In this document: positions 1-7,730 of the stretch, one piece after another
Layout of the letters: each line of letters opens with the position of its first letter
Numbering within the stretch: the stretch's first letter is position 1
Origin: Halomonas sp.
GTDB taxonomy: Bacteria; Pseudomonadota; Gammaproteobacteria; Pseudomonadales; Halomonadaceae
Assembly (NCBI RefSeq): GCF_034520545.1
Contig: NZ_JAXHNN010000009.1
Span: 298,236-322,235, forward strand
Direction: 5' to 3'
Length of the DNA stretch: 24,000 nucleotides
Position numbers and translations under genes: made by a program
The notes under the pieces: model-generated
What the model was told of the DNA's origin: nothing
Seen by the model: the letters and a program-made list of their open reading frames with translations, nothing else
The model's database searches: none

Positions 1-45
1 GGCAGCCGAAGAGATCGCGGAAGAGCTCTCTTGATGGGGGGAATC

Positions 46-308
46 ATGTGCGGCCGTTTCGCCCTCTACAGTGACTTCCCCAGCCTGGCAGCATCCCTCA
101 AGCTGCCGCTTGCCGAGGGTGAGCTGACGCCTCGCTATAACGTTGCGCCGGGCACCTGGATCAGTGCGGTGCGCCGGAACGATGAGAGCGGCGAGCTGTG
201 CCTAGACGCGCTATGGTGAGGCTACCGAACCCTGGGTCGACGACAAGGCGCCGCAGCCCACTACCCATGAGGCGCTATGACGGGGAACCCCTGTGGTTTC
301 CCGGTATC
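46..308 (+). pseudogene. SRAP/YedK-family (SOS response-associated peptidase) gene remnant, frame-broken and truncated by an IS insertion
   Basis: From the ATG at 46 the frame reads MCGRFALYSDF...LTPRYNVAPGT. This has the Cys2 nucleophile position and the RYNVAPG block typical of SRAP proteins, but it stops at 219. A different frame at 276-308 reads YDGEPLWFPGI, resembling the SRAP DGxPxxFAGLW block, and runs straight into the IS inverted repeat at 308. Confidence 0.7.
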
Positions 309-1371
309 CTAAGACCTGATTAGCAATGATCGTCAGCCCGGTTTGCCCTGATGACGACAAAACCATACTGTACATGTATATAGCTTTCAGGCGGAGGATG
401 ACGTCATGGCCATGAACCCCATCCAGTTTCAGCCCGGCCTGTCGATGCCCGAGTTTTTCGAGCGCTATGGGACCGAAGCGCAGTGTACGGCGGTGTTGGA
501 GCAGACGCGCTGGCCGGACGGCTTTCGCTGCCCGCGCTGCGAAGGCACGTCCTGTTCCCGGGTGCGCCGGCGGCACCATACGCTATACCAGTGCCGTGCC
601 TGCCGTCACCAGACCTCGCTGATCGCCGGCACCCTGATGCAGGGCACCAAGCTGCCGCTGACCACCTGGTTCCTGGCGATCCACCTCATCAGCCAGGCCA
701 AGACCGGGCTGTCGTCGCTGGCCCTCAAGCGTGACCTCGGGGTGAGCTACCCGACAGCCTGGCTCATCCACCACAAGGTGATGGAGGCGATGGCGGAGCG
801 CGAGGCGCGCTACGTCCTCGACGGTCCGGTCCAGGTCGACGATGCCTACCTGGGCGGCGAACGCCGCGGCGGCAAGGCCGGGCGCGGATCGGAGAACAAG
901 GTGCCTTTCGTGGCCGCCGTCTCGCTCAACGAAGCGGGCCATCCGCGCTACGTCAGGCTCACCCCCGTGGCGGCCTTCAGCCGTGAGGCGATCGCCGAGT
1001 GGGCCAAGACGACGCTGCGACCTGGCAGCACGGTCTACTCCGATGGCCTGGCCTGCTTCGGTGCCGTCACCAGCGTCGACTGTACGCATCAGCCCACCGT
1101 CATCGCGGGACGCAAACCCCAGGACGTGCCCGAGTTTCACTGGATCAATACCGTCCTCGGTAATCTCAAGACCAGCCTCTCAGGGGCGTACCATGCCTTC
1201 GGTTTTCAGAAATATGCGGCGCGCTATCTGGCCGCGTTCAGCTATCGCTTCAACCGCCGCTTCGACCTCAGGGAGCTGCCGACCCGGCTGCTCATCGCCG
1301 CGGTACGCTGCAAGCCGCGGCCCCAGCGGGTGATTCGGTCGGCTGAGCTTCATTGCTAATCAGGTCCTAAG
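308..1371 (+). mobile_element. IS1595-family insertion sequence, apparently complete
   Basis: Terminal inverted repeats CCTAAGACCTGATTAGCAATG (308-328) and CATTGCTAATCAGGTCCTAAG (1351-1371) are 19/21 complementary and bracket a single transposase ORF. The element interrupts the SRAP reading frame. The exact outer ends and the target duplication are not resolved. Confidence 0.8.
406..1359 (+). CDS. IS1595-family (ISXO2-like) DDE transposase with N-terminal zinc-ribbon
   Basis: The ORF is 317 aa. The N-terminal Cys pairs (FRCPRCEGTSC ... YQCRACRHQTS) are followed by a DDE-type core (VQVDDAYLGG, TVYSDGLACF, AARYLAAFSYRFNRR) typical of ISXO2-like transposases. The stop codon lies inside the right IR. 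Confidence 0.85.
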   Translation: MAMNPIQFQPGLSMPEFFERYGTEAQCTAVLEQTRWPDGFRCPRCEGTSCSRVRRRHHTLYQCRACRHQTSLIAGTLMQGTKLPLTTWFLAIHLISQAKTGLSSLALKRDLGVSYPTAWLIHHKVMEAMAEREARYVLDGPVQVDDAYLGGERRGGKAGRGSENKVPFVAAVSLNEAGHPRYVRLTPVAAFSREAIAEWAKTTLRPGSTVYSDGLACFGAVTSVDCTHQPTVIAGRKPQDVPEFHWINTVLGNLKTSLSGAYHAFGFQKYAARYLAAFSYRFNRRFDLRELPTRLLIAAVRCKPRPQRVIRSAELHC

Positions 1372-1599
1372 AAGAGTCCGCCCATGGCGTCGCCAAGAGG
1401 ATCACAAACTCACATCGGAGCCATTCAAACGGAGAGATTATGACCCAAGGACGCTTCATTCTGACTTGTTAATAAATGGCGTCCAAAACGCTTTCTGATC
1501 ATTTGATAAATAATCAGCACTGACCGAAAATTAAAACAATGTCTCGCAATCGTAAGTTAAAAACTTTTATGCATAATTGAAAATATATTGAGGTTTTAC

Positions 1600-2292
1600 A
1601 TGAATTTAATATCTAGAAGGTCGTGGGTCGGATTGCTTTTTTCTCTTTTGCTCAGCACAAGTCTGCAAGTCAGTTCCGATAGCTTGTCAGAAGGAGCTCA
1701 CCTTTATAAGGCTGGCCAGTATCAAAAAGCCTTGTCTGCATGGGAGAAAGCTGCAGAAAACGGAAGTGCCGAAGCAAAGTATAACATTGCCAACATGTAT
1801 TATTTTGGAAAAGGTGTAGAGAAAAATAAGGAGCTGGCTGCATTATGGTATCAGAGAGCGGCGAGTGATGGTCATGCTGCTTCACAGTTTTTTGCCGCCG
1901 AACAACTGTATCACGGTGATGGGGTGAGCATGGATCGGAAAAAAGCGGTGAATTATCTTCGGCAGGCCGCAGAAAATGGGTTCACGAAAGCACAAACAAA
2001 TCTTGCAAATATTTATTTGTCAGGAGTTGGGGTTCCGCAAAACTATTCCGAGGCAGTTAAGTGGTATAAATCTGCTGCTCAGCAAGGTGATGCAGATGCA
2101 CAATATAATTTAAGCAACATGTATGCTCAAGGGCTAGGCGTCGAGGAAGATTATGTTTTTGCATATGTCCTGGCAAGCCTTTCTGCTGCACAAGGCAATG
2201 AAAGTGCAAAATTTAATCGCGAAATAATCGCAAATCTTTTAACCCCGGAGCAGCTGGAGACAGCACAACAGATCGCAGCTTCACTCTATTAA
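1600..2292 (+). CDS. Secreted Sel1-like repeat (SLR/TPR-like) protein
   Basis: The ATG at 1600 is preceded by GAGG. An N-terminal signal-like segment (MNLISRRSWVGLLFSLLLSTSLQVSS) is followed by about five Sel1 repeats, for example AEAKYNIANMYYFGKGVEKNKELAALWYQRAA and AQTNLANIYLSGVGVPQNYSEAVKWYKSAA. The gene is markedly AT-rich relative to its neighbours. The track ORF starts at a TTG at 1588, which I consider less likely. Confidence 0.85.
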   Translation: MNLISRRSWVGLLFSLLLSTSLQVSSDSLSEGAHLYKAGQYQKALSAWEKAAENGSAEAKYNIANMYYFGKGVEKNKELAALWYQRAASDGHAASQFFAAEQLYHGDGVSMDRKKAVNYLRQAAENGFTKAQTNLANIYLSGVGVPQNYSEAVKWYKSAAQQGDADAQYNLSNMYAQGLGVEEDYVFAYVLASLSAAQGNESAKFNREIIANLLTPEQLETAQQIAASLY

Positions 2293-2442
2293 TGCTCGGG
2301 CCTTCATGAAACTGAAACGCGATGAGTCGATTGCCTCAAAGGAGGCATCATCGTAACGAACCGCAATGGCGATCTTTTTTGGCGCGGGTTCGGCTGAGCA
2401 AGTAGGCTAAGTGCCATAAGAACCATGCAGGAGGGAGCAAAC

Positions 2443-2574
2443 ATGGCGGACTGCAGGGAAGCGCCGTTCCAGCAGGACATCATCGAGGCCATGACGGCCC
2501 ACGGCTGGAAGGCCGGCCCGGCCAGCGGCTATGACCGCGCCTCCGCGCTCTACACCGAAGACCTGCTCGGCTAA
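2443..2574 (+). pseudogene. hsdR: Type I restriction enzyme R subunit (HsdR) N-terminal stub, 43 codons
   Basis: The stub reads MADCREAPFQQDIIEAMTAHGWKAGPASGYDRASALYTEDLLG then stop, preceded by GAGGGAG. The pattern (E..FQ..II..M...GW......YDR..AL...DL) is the usual extreme N-terminus of HsdR proteins. Nothing of the helicase/nuclease body follows. Confidence 0.6.
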
Positions 2575-3069
2575 GTGCGCGAAGCCGTCCGTCAGCACGC
2601 CGCCAGGGCAGGGAAGAAGCTGCGTCGTCAGGGAAGCGTCACCAGTGCAGTGATGGTCTTCGCGCGCACCATACCCTTCCAGCTCGACCAGCCCCAGTAC
2701 CGCAAAATCGTTGTCGTCCCGCTGCTTCGTCCCACCGACGACACCCGCGAGATCGCTCACGCCGCCGGTCTTGGCCTCGAGACCATCTTCGCCAAGGGCT
2801 ACCGCCACCAGAAGGCCGGCATGATGCTGCACGACCTCACAGCCGATACCAGCCGCCAGCTCTCCCTGGACGAGACGACGAAGAGCGAGGCCGACCGGCA
2901 GCGCAGCCGACGTCTGATTGCAACCGTCGACAAGCTCAACCGATAGCTGGGCCGCGACACCGTCAGGCTAGGTTTGCCGAGACAAGGCAACGGTTGGGCG
3001 CTACGATGTGAGCGTAGGACACCCAAGTACACGATTCGGTGGGAGGAGCTGGTCAGGGTAAGAGGATGA
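2575..3069 (+). pseudogene. umuC: umuC (Y-family DNA polymerase V) 3' remnant with an in-frame stop
   Basis: REAVRQHAARAGKKLRRQGSVTSAVMVFARTIPF...PTDDTREIAHAAGLGLETIFAKGYRHQKAGMMLHDL...QLSLDETTKSEADRQRSRRLIATVDKLNR aligns by eye with the C-terminal third of the intact UmuC at 7731-9005 (IRQYAQRSAEKLRAQDSLARAVYVF...PTDDSRDILHAASQALETIYRPGYRFMKAGVMLVDL...). After an in-frame TAG at 2944-2946 the same frame continues LGRDTVRLG...RCERRTPKYTIRWEELVRV. This matches the UmuC tail GRGTVTFG...RCANRTPRWTTRWDELPKI. Confidence 0.85.
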
Positions 3070-3432
3070 GGCGCTGGATGGGGGTGATCGATGTAAAGCC
3101 AACATTTCGGGAAATGCAGAAGGGGTGCGGATCTTGGATATACAGCCTAATTTTAATCTAAAATTATTTATATTCAGTAGGTTGACGTAATTTTAGCAGG
3201 CAATATTTTCCAGCCAACGTGCTGGCATTTTCCACCAATCATAGAACACGCTGTCTAACTACTACGCTTTATTTGGCATTGGCCGTCACGCAAAATTTGC
3301 AGTGTGATGCCTGTCATCTACAAATGAGTGTCCAATGATCCGCAGTCCTGTCTATGGCCGCTATTTCGGCACGGCATAAAGCCTTTGTCGGCGCCCGAAC
3401 CTCGTCTACTTTGCATAGTGTAAGGCGGATAC

Positions 3433-4881
3433 ATGAACGAAAATTATGATTTTGAAAAACTGAAGATAAAGAGGCTTTGCTACCAGTGTATCGGTGAACA
3501 GTACTTGAAAGACGAGGTGCAACAAAAGGGCCAAAGAGGACGTTGCTCCTACTGCAGTCGTAGCGTTCGGTCCTACACAATTGGGGCCATTGCAGAGCGC
3601 GTTGAGACGGCATTCGAACAGCATTTCAGGCGGACCTCAGACCAACCCACGGCCTGGCAGCAGTCTCTGTTGTCGGATCGGGAGTCAAGCTATGACTGGG
3701 AGCGCGATGGTGAGCCAGTCATTTGGGCGATCGCAAATGCCGCAGACATTCCGGAGCCTGCGGCAGAGGATATCCAGGTTATATTGGACGACCAGTACGC
3801 CGATTTCGATGCCGCAGCGATGGGCGAAGAAAGTGAATTCTGTTCGGAGTCCTACTACGAGGAAAAGGGATCCAGTGATGATGTGTGGCAAGAGGAGTGG
3901 CGCGATTTTGAACGTTCATTGAAGACTGAGGCGCGCTTCTTCAGTCGGACCGCAGCAGGGCATCTGGCGTCGGTCTTTGGCGGAATCGATGGAATGTATG
4001 CGACCGACGGCAGACCGCTGGTTATTGATGCGGGAGCTCAGACAAATCTGTCCACTATCTACAGAGCGCGCGTCTTTCAGTCTGAAAAAATGTTGCAAGA
4101 GGCGATTTGCCGCCCGGACCTTCATATTGGCCCCCCACCAGCAGTTCTAGCGACCGCTGGGCGAATGAATGCACGAGGTATATCAGTCTTCTATGGCGCA
4201 ACAGATCCAGGGGTGGCGATTGCCGAGGTCAGGCCGCCGGTGGGAAGCCAAGTGGCGGTCGCGCGCTTTGAGATCATCCGTCCCATTCGACTGCTGGATC
4301 TCACTGCCCTTAGAGCAGTGGCTGAGGTCGGCAGTATCTTTGATCCCGGGTGGGCCGCTCGACTTGAGCGCGCGACATTCCTGCGCTCCCTAAGCCAGCG
4401 TATTGCTAGGCCCGTCATGCCGGACGATGAGGCCTTGGAGTATCTCCCTACACAGGCAATCGCTGATTTTTTGGCAACAGAAAACGATCCTGTGCTCGAT
4501 GGCATTATTTTTCCATCTGTCCAGGCGACAGGTGACTTTTTGAACGTTGTCCTATTCCACAAGGCAGCGCGAGTTGAAGCGATGGATATCCCAAAGGGAG
4601 CTGATATCGAGGCGAGTACAGGCCATATGAGTGAGGACGGCTGGGAAGTGGATTACTTAGTAAGCGAACGTCTTTCGCCCAACAGTTCATCAAAGGAAGA
4701 ACACGAAGGGGACCAATTGCCCGGTCTAGACGAATTCGTCGTCAGTGCATGGCAAGCTGGCAATATTGATCTCCGAGATGTGACGTTGCGGAACGACCTT
4801 GAGAGCGTAAAAGTGCACATCGTGCGTTGGGTTCAATACCAGTGTAATGAGTACGACGTAAAGCGATATCGGTGGAATTAA
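3433..4881 (+). CDS. Large stand-alone RES-domain protein with N-terminal four-Cys domain (HEPN/RES-NTD1-like)
   Basis: The ORF is 482 aa. The N-terminus has CYQC(16-19)...CSYC(38-41). The C-terminal half carries the RES triad in its usual contexts: GRMNARGISVFYGA (R244), VAIAEVRP (E265) and DGIIFPSVQ...NVVLF (S362). An acidic linker lies between the two halves. I see no credible Xre/antitoxin ORF next to it. Confidence 0.8.
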   Translation: MNENYDFEKLKIKRLCYQCIGEQYLKDEVQQKGQRGRCSYCSRSVRSYTIGAIAERVETAFEQHFRRTSDQPTAWQQSLLSDRESSYDWERDGEPVIWAIANAADIPEPAAEDIQVILDDQYADFDAAAMGEESEFCSESYYEEKGSSDDVWQEEWRDFERSLKTEARFFSRTAAGHLASVFGGIDGMYATDGRPLVIDAGAQTNLSTIYRARVFQSEKMLQEAICRPDLHIGPPPAVLATAGRMNARGISVFYGATDPGVAIAEVRPPVGSQVAVARFEIIRPIRLLDLTALRAVAEVGSIFDPGWAARLERATFLRSLSQRIARPVMPDDEALEYLPTQAIADFLATENDPVLDGIIFPSVQATGDFLNVVLFHKAARVEAMDIPKGADIEASTGHMSEDGWEVDYLVSERLSPNSSSKEEHEGDQLPGLDEFVVSAWQAGNIDLRDVTLRNDLESVKVHIVRWVQYQCNEYDVKRYRWN

Positions 4882-4939
4882 AGCGATGTCGATTTAATAA
4901 TCCACTGAATTTCATAAAAAAAACAGCACCTGAGGTGTC

Positions 4940-5322
4940 CAGGGCTCCAGAGTATTCCCCCATGAACACCTGTGCCGGTGTCCGGTAGCCGAGCCGCTTT
5001 CGGGGGCGGTCATTCAGCTTTTTCACCATCCTTCGCACCTCGGCATCGGTGACCTGCCGGGAACGTCCCCATAGCCTCACCTGGCGCCCCGGCGCCGAGA
5101 GCAAGCTTGATTGGTTGGTTGGTTGGCTTGGCGCCATTGGCTATGGCGTTGTCGTACTGCCACTTCACCAAGAGTGGTCATGGAAACCTTTGTCTCACTG
5201 ACAGTGGCCCTCAATCGAAGTGCCTCGCGCACCAGCTCCCCGAAGGACGCTCCCGGGTGGGTGTTCGGATTATAAATGGCACGGACATAGTGGATCTTTT
5301 TGTAGGCCGGACGACGAGCCAT
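4940..5322 (-). pseudogene. IS30-family transposase remnant (internally deleted, frameshifted)
   Basis: One minus frame reads VTDAEVRRMVKKLNDRPRKRLGYRTPAQVF, the conserved IS30-family C-terminus (LNxRPRKxLGxxTPxxVF). Another frame starting at the ATG at 5322 reads MARRPAYKK...GASFGELVREALRLRATVSE, which resembles the IS30 N-terminal HTH (GxSxxEIARxLxRSxSTISRE). The catalytic core between them is missing. The frame switch coincides with a (TTGG)4 tract. Confidence 0.5.
5110..5125. repeat. (TTGG)4 tetranucleotide microsatellite inside the IS30 remnant
   Basis: TTGGTTGGTTGGTTGG is read directly from the sequence. On the minus strand it encodes PTNQPTNQ, at the point where two IS30-like reading frames overlap. 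Confidence 0.9.
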
Positions 5323-5357
5323 GAGCTTTTCCTGAGTCGAACGTAGGCATTCTTTGT

Positions 5358-7042
5358 CCTGAATCCGTGAAGCTCGTGCCGACACTTTCCCTATCACCGC
5401 CAGCAAGTATTTTTTGATCACCTGATTCGAAAATTGCGGGGTGATTGAGCGCGATGTCACCGAAAATGCCCGTTCCGAACGGTACAGATAGCCCGGCTTT
5501 TCCGGCTTTTTCACCCACCAGGCACGGCCGGTCTGGCGATTGCGCGTCGCTCGGAAGTGCCTGTGGATAAAGTGTCTTCGGACGGCGGTCAACATGGCGA
5601 GCCTCGCGGGTAACGTAGGCGGCTTCGCAGGGTGTTCAACACCGTCATGCGCCCGATGTCCTGCCCGAAGTCGAGGATGATTTGCCGCGCCTTGTGAATC
5701 ACCAGAGCCGCTCGATGCACCAATTCCTGCAACACAGTCCGTATCCTTCGTCGCTTAGCCGGGTGGCGGACCGGGCTCAGCTCACCGGTCATGCCCAGCT
5801 GCCCCATCAGGCGCAAGATGTTGTAGGCCAGTTGGGCGAGATGCAGGATCAGGTCGTTGGTGGCGAACTTGCCCGAGGGCAGCCGCTCCAGGTCGAGATC
5901 GGTCTTGATCTCGCTGTGGAACTGCTCGTGGGTGGCATGCGCCTGGTAGCGCTTGATCACCGCCTCCGGCGCCTCGTCCAGGCTGGTCCACCAGCCTTCC
6001 AGCTCATAGTCCGGTTCGAGTAGCAGTTGACCATCGCGATCGGCGGTGCGCTCCACCAGACGCATCACGCGCTTGACGACGTATTCGACCTTGTTGTCGT
6101 CGCGGATCGAGACGGTCTGGGTCCACAGCGCCTGGCGCTTGCCAGGGCGCAGCTCTTGCCAATAGTCAGCCGCTACCGCTAGCCAGGTGTCCTGATCGGC
6201 CTTGGCCGAGTCGCGTGGGTTCCATTTGATGAGGTAATCCAGCCGGCGGCCCGCATCGGCAAACGCCTGGCGGTGCCGTTCGATAAGGGCCAGGTGCGCC
6301 TGGCTGTCGAAGCCACTGTCCTCGCGCAGCAGGATCGGTTGCTCGGTCAGGTCCTGGGCGCGGGGTAGCACCCGCTCCAGGAAGGCGTTGCTCTCCTTCA
6401 TGGTGTGCTGCTTGCCGGGGCGCAGCTCCAGGCCCAGGCACCAGCCTTCGTTGCCCAGATAAGCGGCGATCGGGGTGTAGCCATCGACCTTCTGGTAGGT
6501 CCGCGAGACGCCTTCCTTCTTCGAGTTGCTGTTGTCCATGACGAAGGTGTCGATATCCAAGCAGACATGGCCCTTCTCGGCGCTGATGGGCACCTCCGCC
6601 AGCGACAGCAGCGTGGTGGACCAGGTGGCGGTGCGCGCCTGCAGGTCTTGGGCGGCGAGCTTCTCCATCCGCTGACGCAGCGTCGCGGTGCTCGGCACCT
6701 TCTGTAGGGTCAGCAGTTGCTGGAAGGGCTTGTCACGGCGAAAGTTCTCAATAGCGTCATAGTCGCTCATGCCCAAACACAGCAGGCCCAGGTAGCTCTT
6801 GATCACGTCGCTGGTACGCATGCCCAGCGTGGTGGGGAAGCGTCCGTCGATGCTGTCGACGCCGGCGATCTCGAGGCACTGCCCGATAATCGACAGCCCG
6901 GCATGGCTGGTGAGGGTGCGGCGACTGGCGCGGAACTTGACGTTGGGCATGGAAATGTCCGGGTGAACGGCGACAATCGATATATTGCCATGCGCATCAG
7001 GGGGTTAGAAGCGATTTGAGGTGCCGATTTCACGGATTCAGG
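5358..7042 (-). mobile_element. IS1380-family insertion sequence, complete (1685 bp) with a 5-bp target duplication
   Basis: Perfect 14-bp terminal inverted repeats CCTGAATCCGTGAA (5358-5371) and TTCACGGATTCAGG (7029-7042), with further partial complementarity inward. They are flanked by direct TTTGT at 5353-5357 and 7043-7047. A single transposase ORF lies inside. Confidence 0.85.
5589..6950 (-). CDS. IS1380-family DDE transposase
   Basis: The ORF is 453 aa. It reads MPNVKFRASRRTLTSHAGLSIIGQCLE..., LREDSGFDS, and YQAHATHEQFHSEIKTDLDLERLPSGKFATNDLILHLAQLAYNIL. The last block is characteristic of IS1380-type transposases as I remember them. Confidence 0.75.
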   Translation of the reverse strand: MPNVKFRASRRTLTSHAGLSIIGQCLEIAGVDSIDGRFPTTLGMRTSDVIKSYLGLLCLGMSDYDAIENFRRDKPFQQLLTLQKVPSTATLRQRMEKLAAQDLQARTATWSTTLLSLAEVPISAEKGHVCLDIDTFVMDNSNSKKEGVSRTYQKVDGYTPIAAYLGNEGWCLGLELRPGKQHTMKESNAFLERVLPRAQDLTEQPILLREDSGFDSQAHLALIERHRQAFADAGRRLDYLIKWNPRDSAKADQDTWLAVAADYWQELRPGKRQALWTQTVSIRDDNKVEYVVKRVMRLVERTADRDGQLLLEPDYELEGWWTSLDEAPEAVIKRYQAHATHEQFHSEIKTDLDLERLPSGKFATNDLILHLAQLAYNILRLMGQLGMTGELSPVRHPAKRRRIRTVLQELVHRAALVIHKARQIILDFGQDIGRMTVLNTLRSRLRYPRGSPC

Positions 7043-7110
7043 TTTGTATACGACTAAATAGCCCAGCGTCTAGAAAGAGCACATCATCTAAATCCATTGC
7101 GGGTCTAACT

Positions 7111-7557
7111 CGCCGGTCTAGCCTTGCAGCCCTGCGCCTGTACGGGCGCCCCGAGATCTTCAACAGCGACCAGGGTGCTCAGTTCACGGCCGAGGCGTTT
7201 ACGGGTGTGCTGAAGCACGAGGGCATCACGATCAGCATGGATGGCCGAGGCCGTGCCTTCGACAACATCTTCGTCGAGCGCCTGTGGCGAACGGTGAAGT
7301 ACGAGGACGTCTACCTCAAGGGCTATGCGACTCCGGTGGAACTGACGCTCGGGTTGACGGAATACTTCGCGTTCTACAATGACGAGCGCCCTCACCAAGC
7401 GCTGGCGAACGAGACACCGGACACAGTCTACCGGGCTCGGCAGGGCGGAGGCGCACTAATCGTGGACAAGTACGGACCGGGGGCGATACCGACCGGTGAC
7501 TCAGTGGGACCAAGACAGCGCTGTTCAGCTGCGAATGAGGCTCAGGTCATTGCTTAA
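7111..7557 (+). pseudogene. IS3-family transposase OrfB (rve integrase core) 3' fragment
   Basis: The fragment reads RPEIFNSDQGAQFTAEAFTGVLKHEGITISMDGRGRAFDNIFVERLWRTVKYEDVYL...FYNDERPHQALANETPDTVY, the C-terminal half of an IS3-family integrase domain. Everything upstream, including OrfA and the first catalytic Asp, is absent and replaced by IS30/IS1380 sequence. A possible element end (...TCCATTTCA) lies near 7596. Confidence 0.8.
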
Positions 7558-7730
7558 ACTCATGCACTTTCTGTCTTGACGGTGGGGTCCATTTCAATTC
7601 TCGAGGTCGAAAGATAGCAGCGTAAACTATTGATTAACCTGAAAACGCCTTTTAAAAATTGTCACTCCAAACGTGATGATGCAGGCCGAAGCCGATGACA
7701 TGGATGGCAGTCTGCTATGCGAGTGAGGGG

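Noticed and set aside
3314-3624. Minus-strand ORFs (99 aa and 72 aa) at the 5' end of the RES gene, considered as a possible antitoxin.
   Set aside because: They overlap the RES gene start on the opposite strand. They have no HTH/Xre-like motif and no ribosome-binding site, and they read like AT-rich noise.
5077-5595. A 172-aa minus-strand ORF that looks like a gene downstream of the IS1380 transposase.
   Set aside because: Its first ~80 codons lie inside the IS1380 element (which ends at 5358) and the rest runs through the IS30 remnant. It is a read-through artefact spanning an IS boundary. Only the part from the ATG at 5322 is interpretable, as an IS30 N-terminus.
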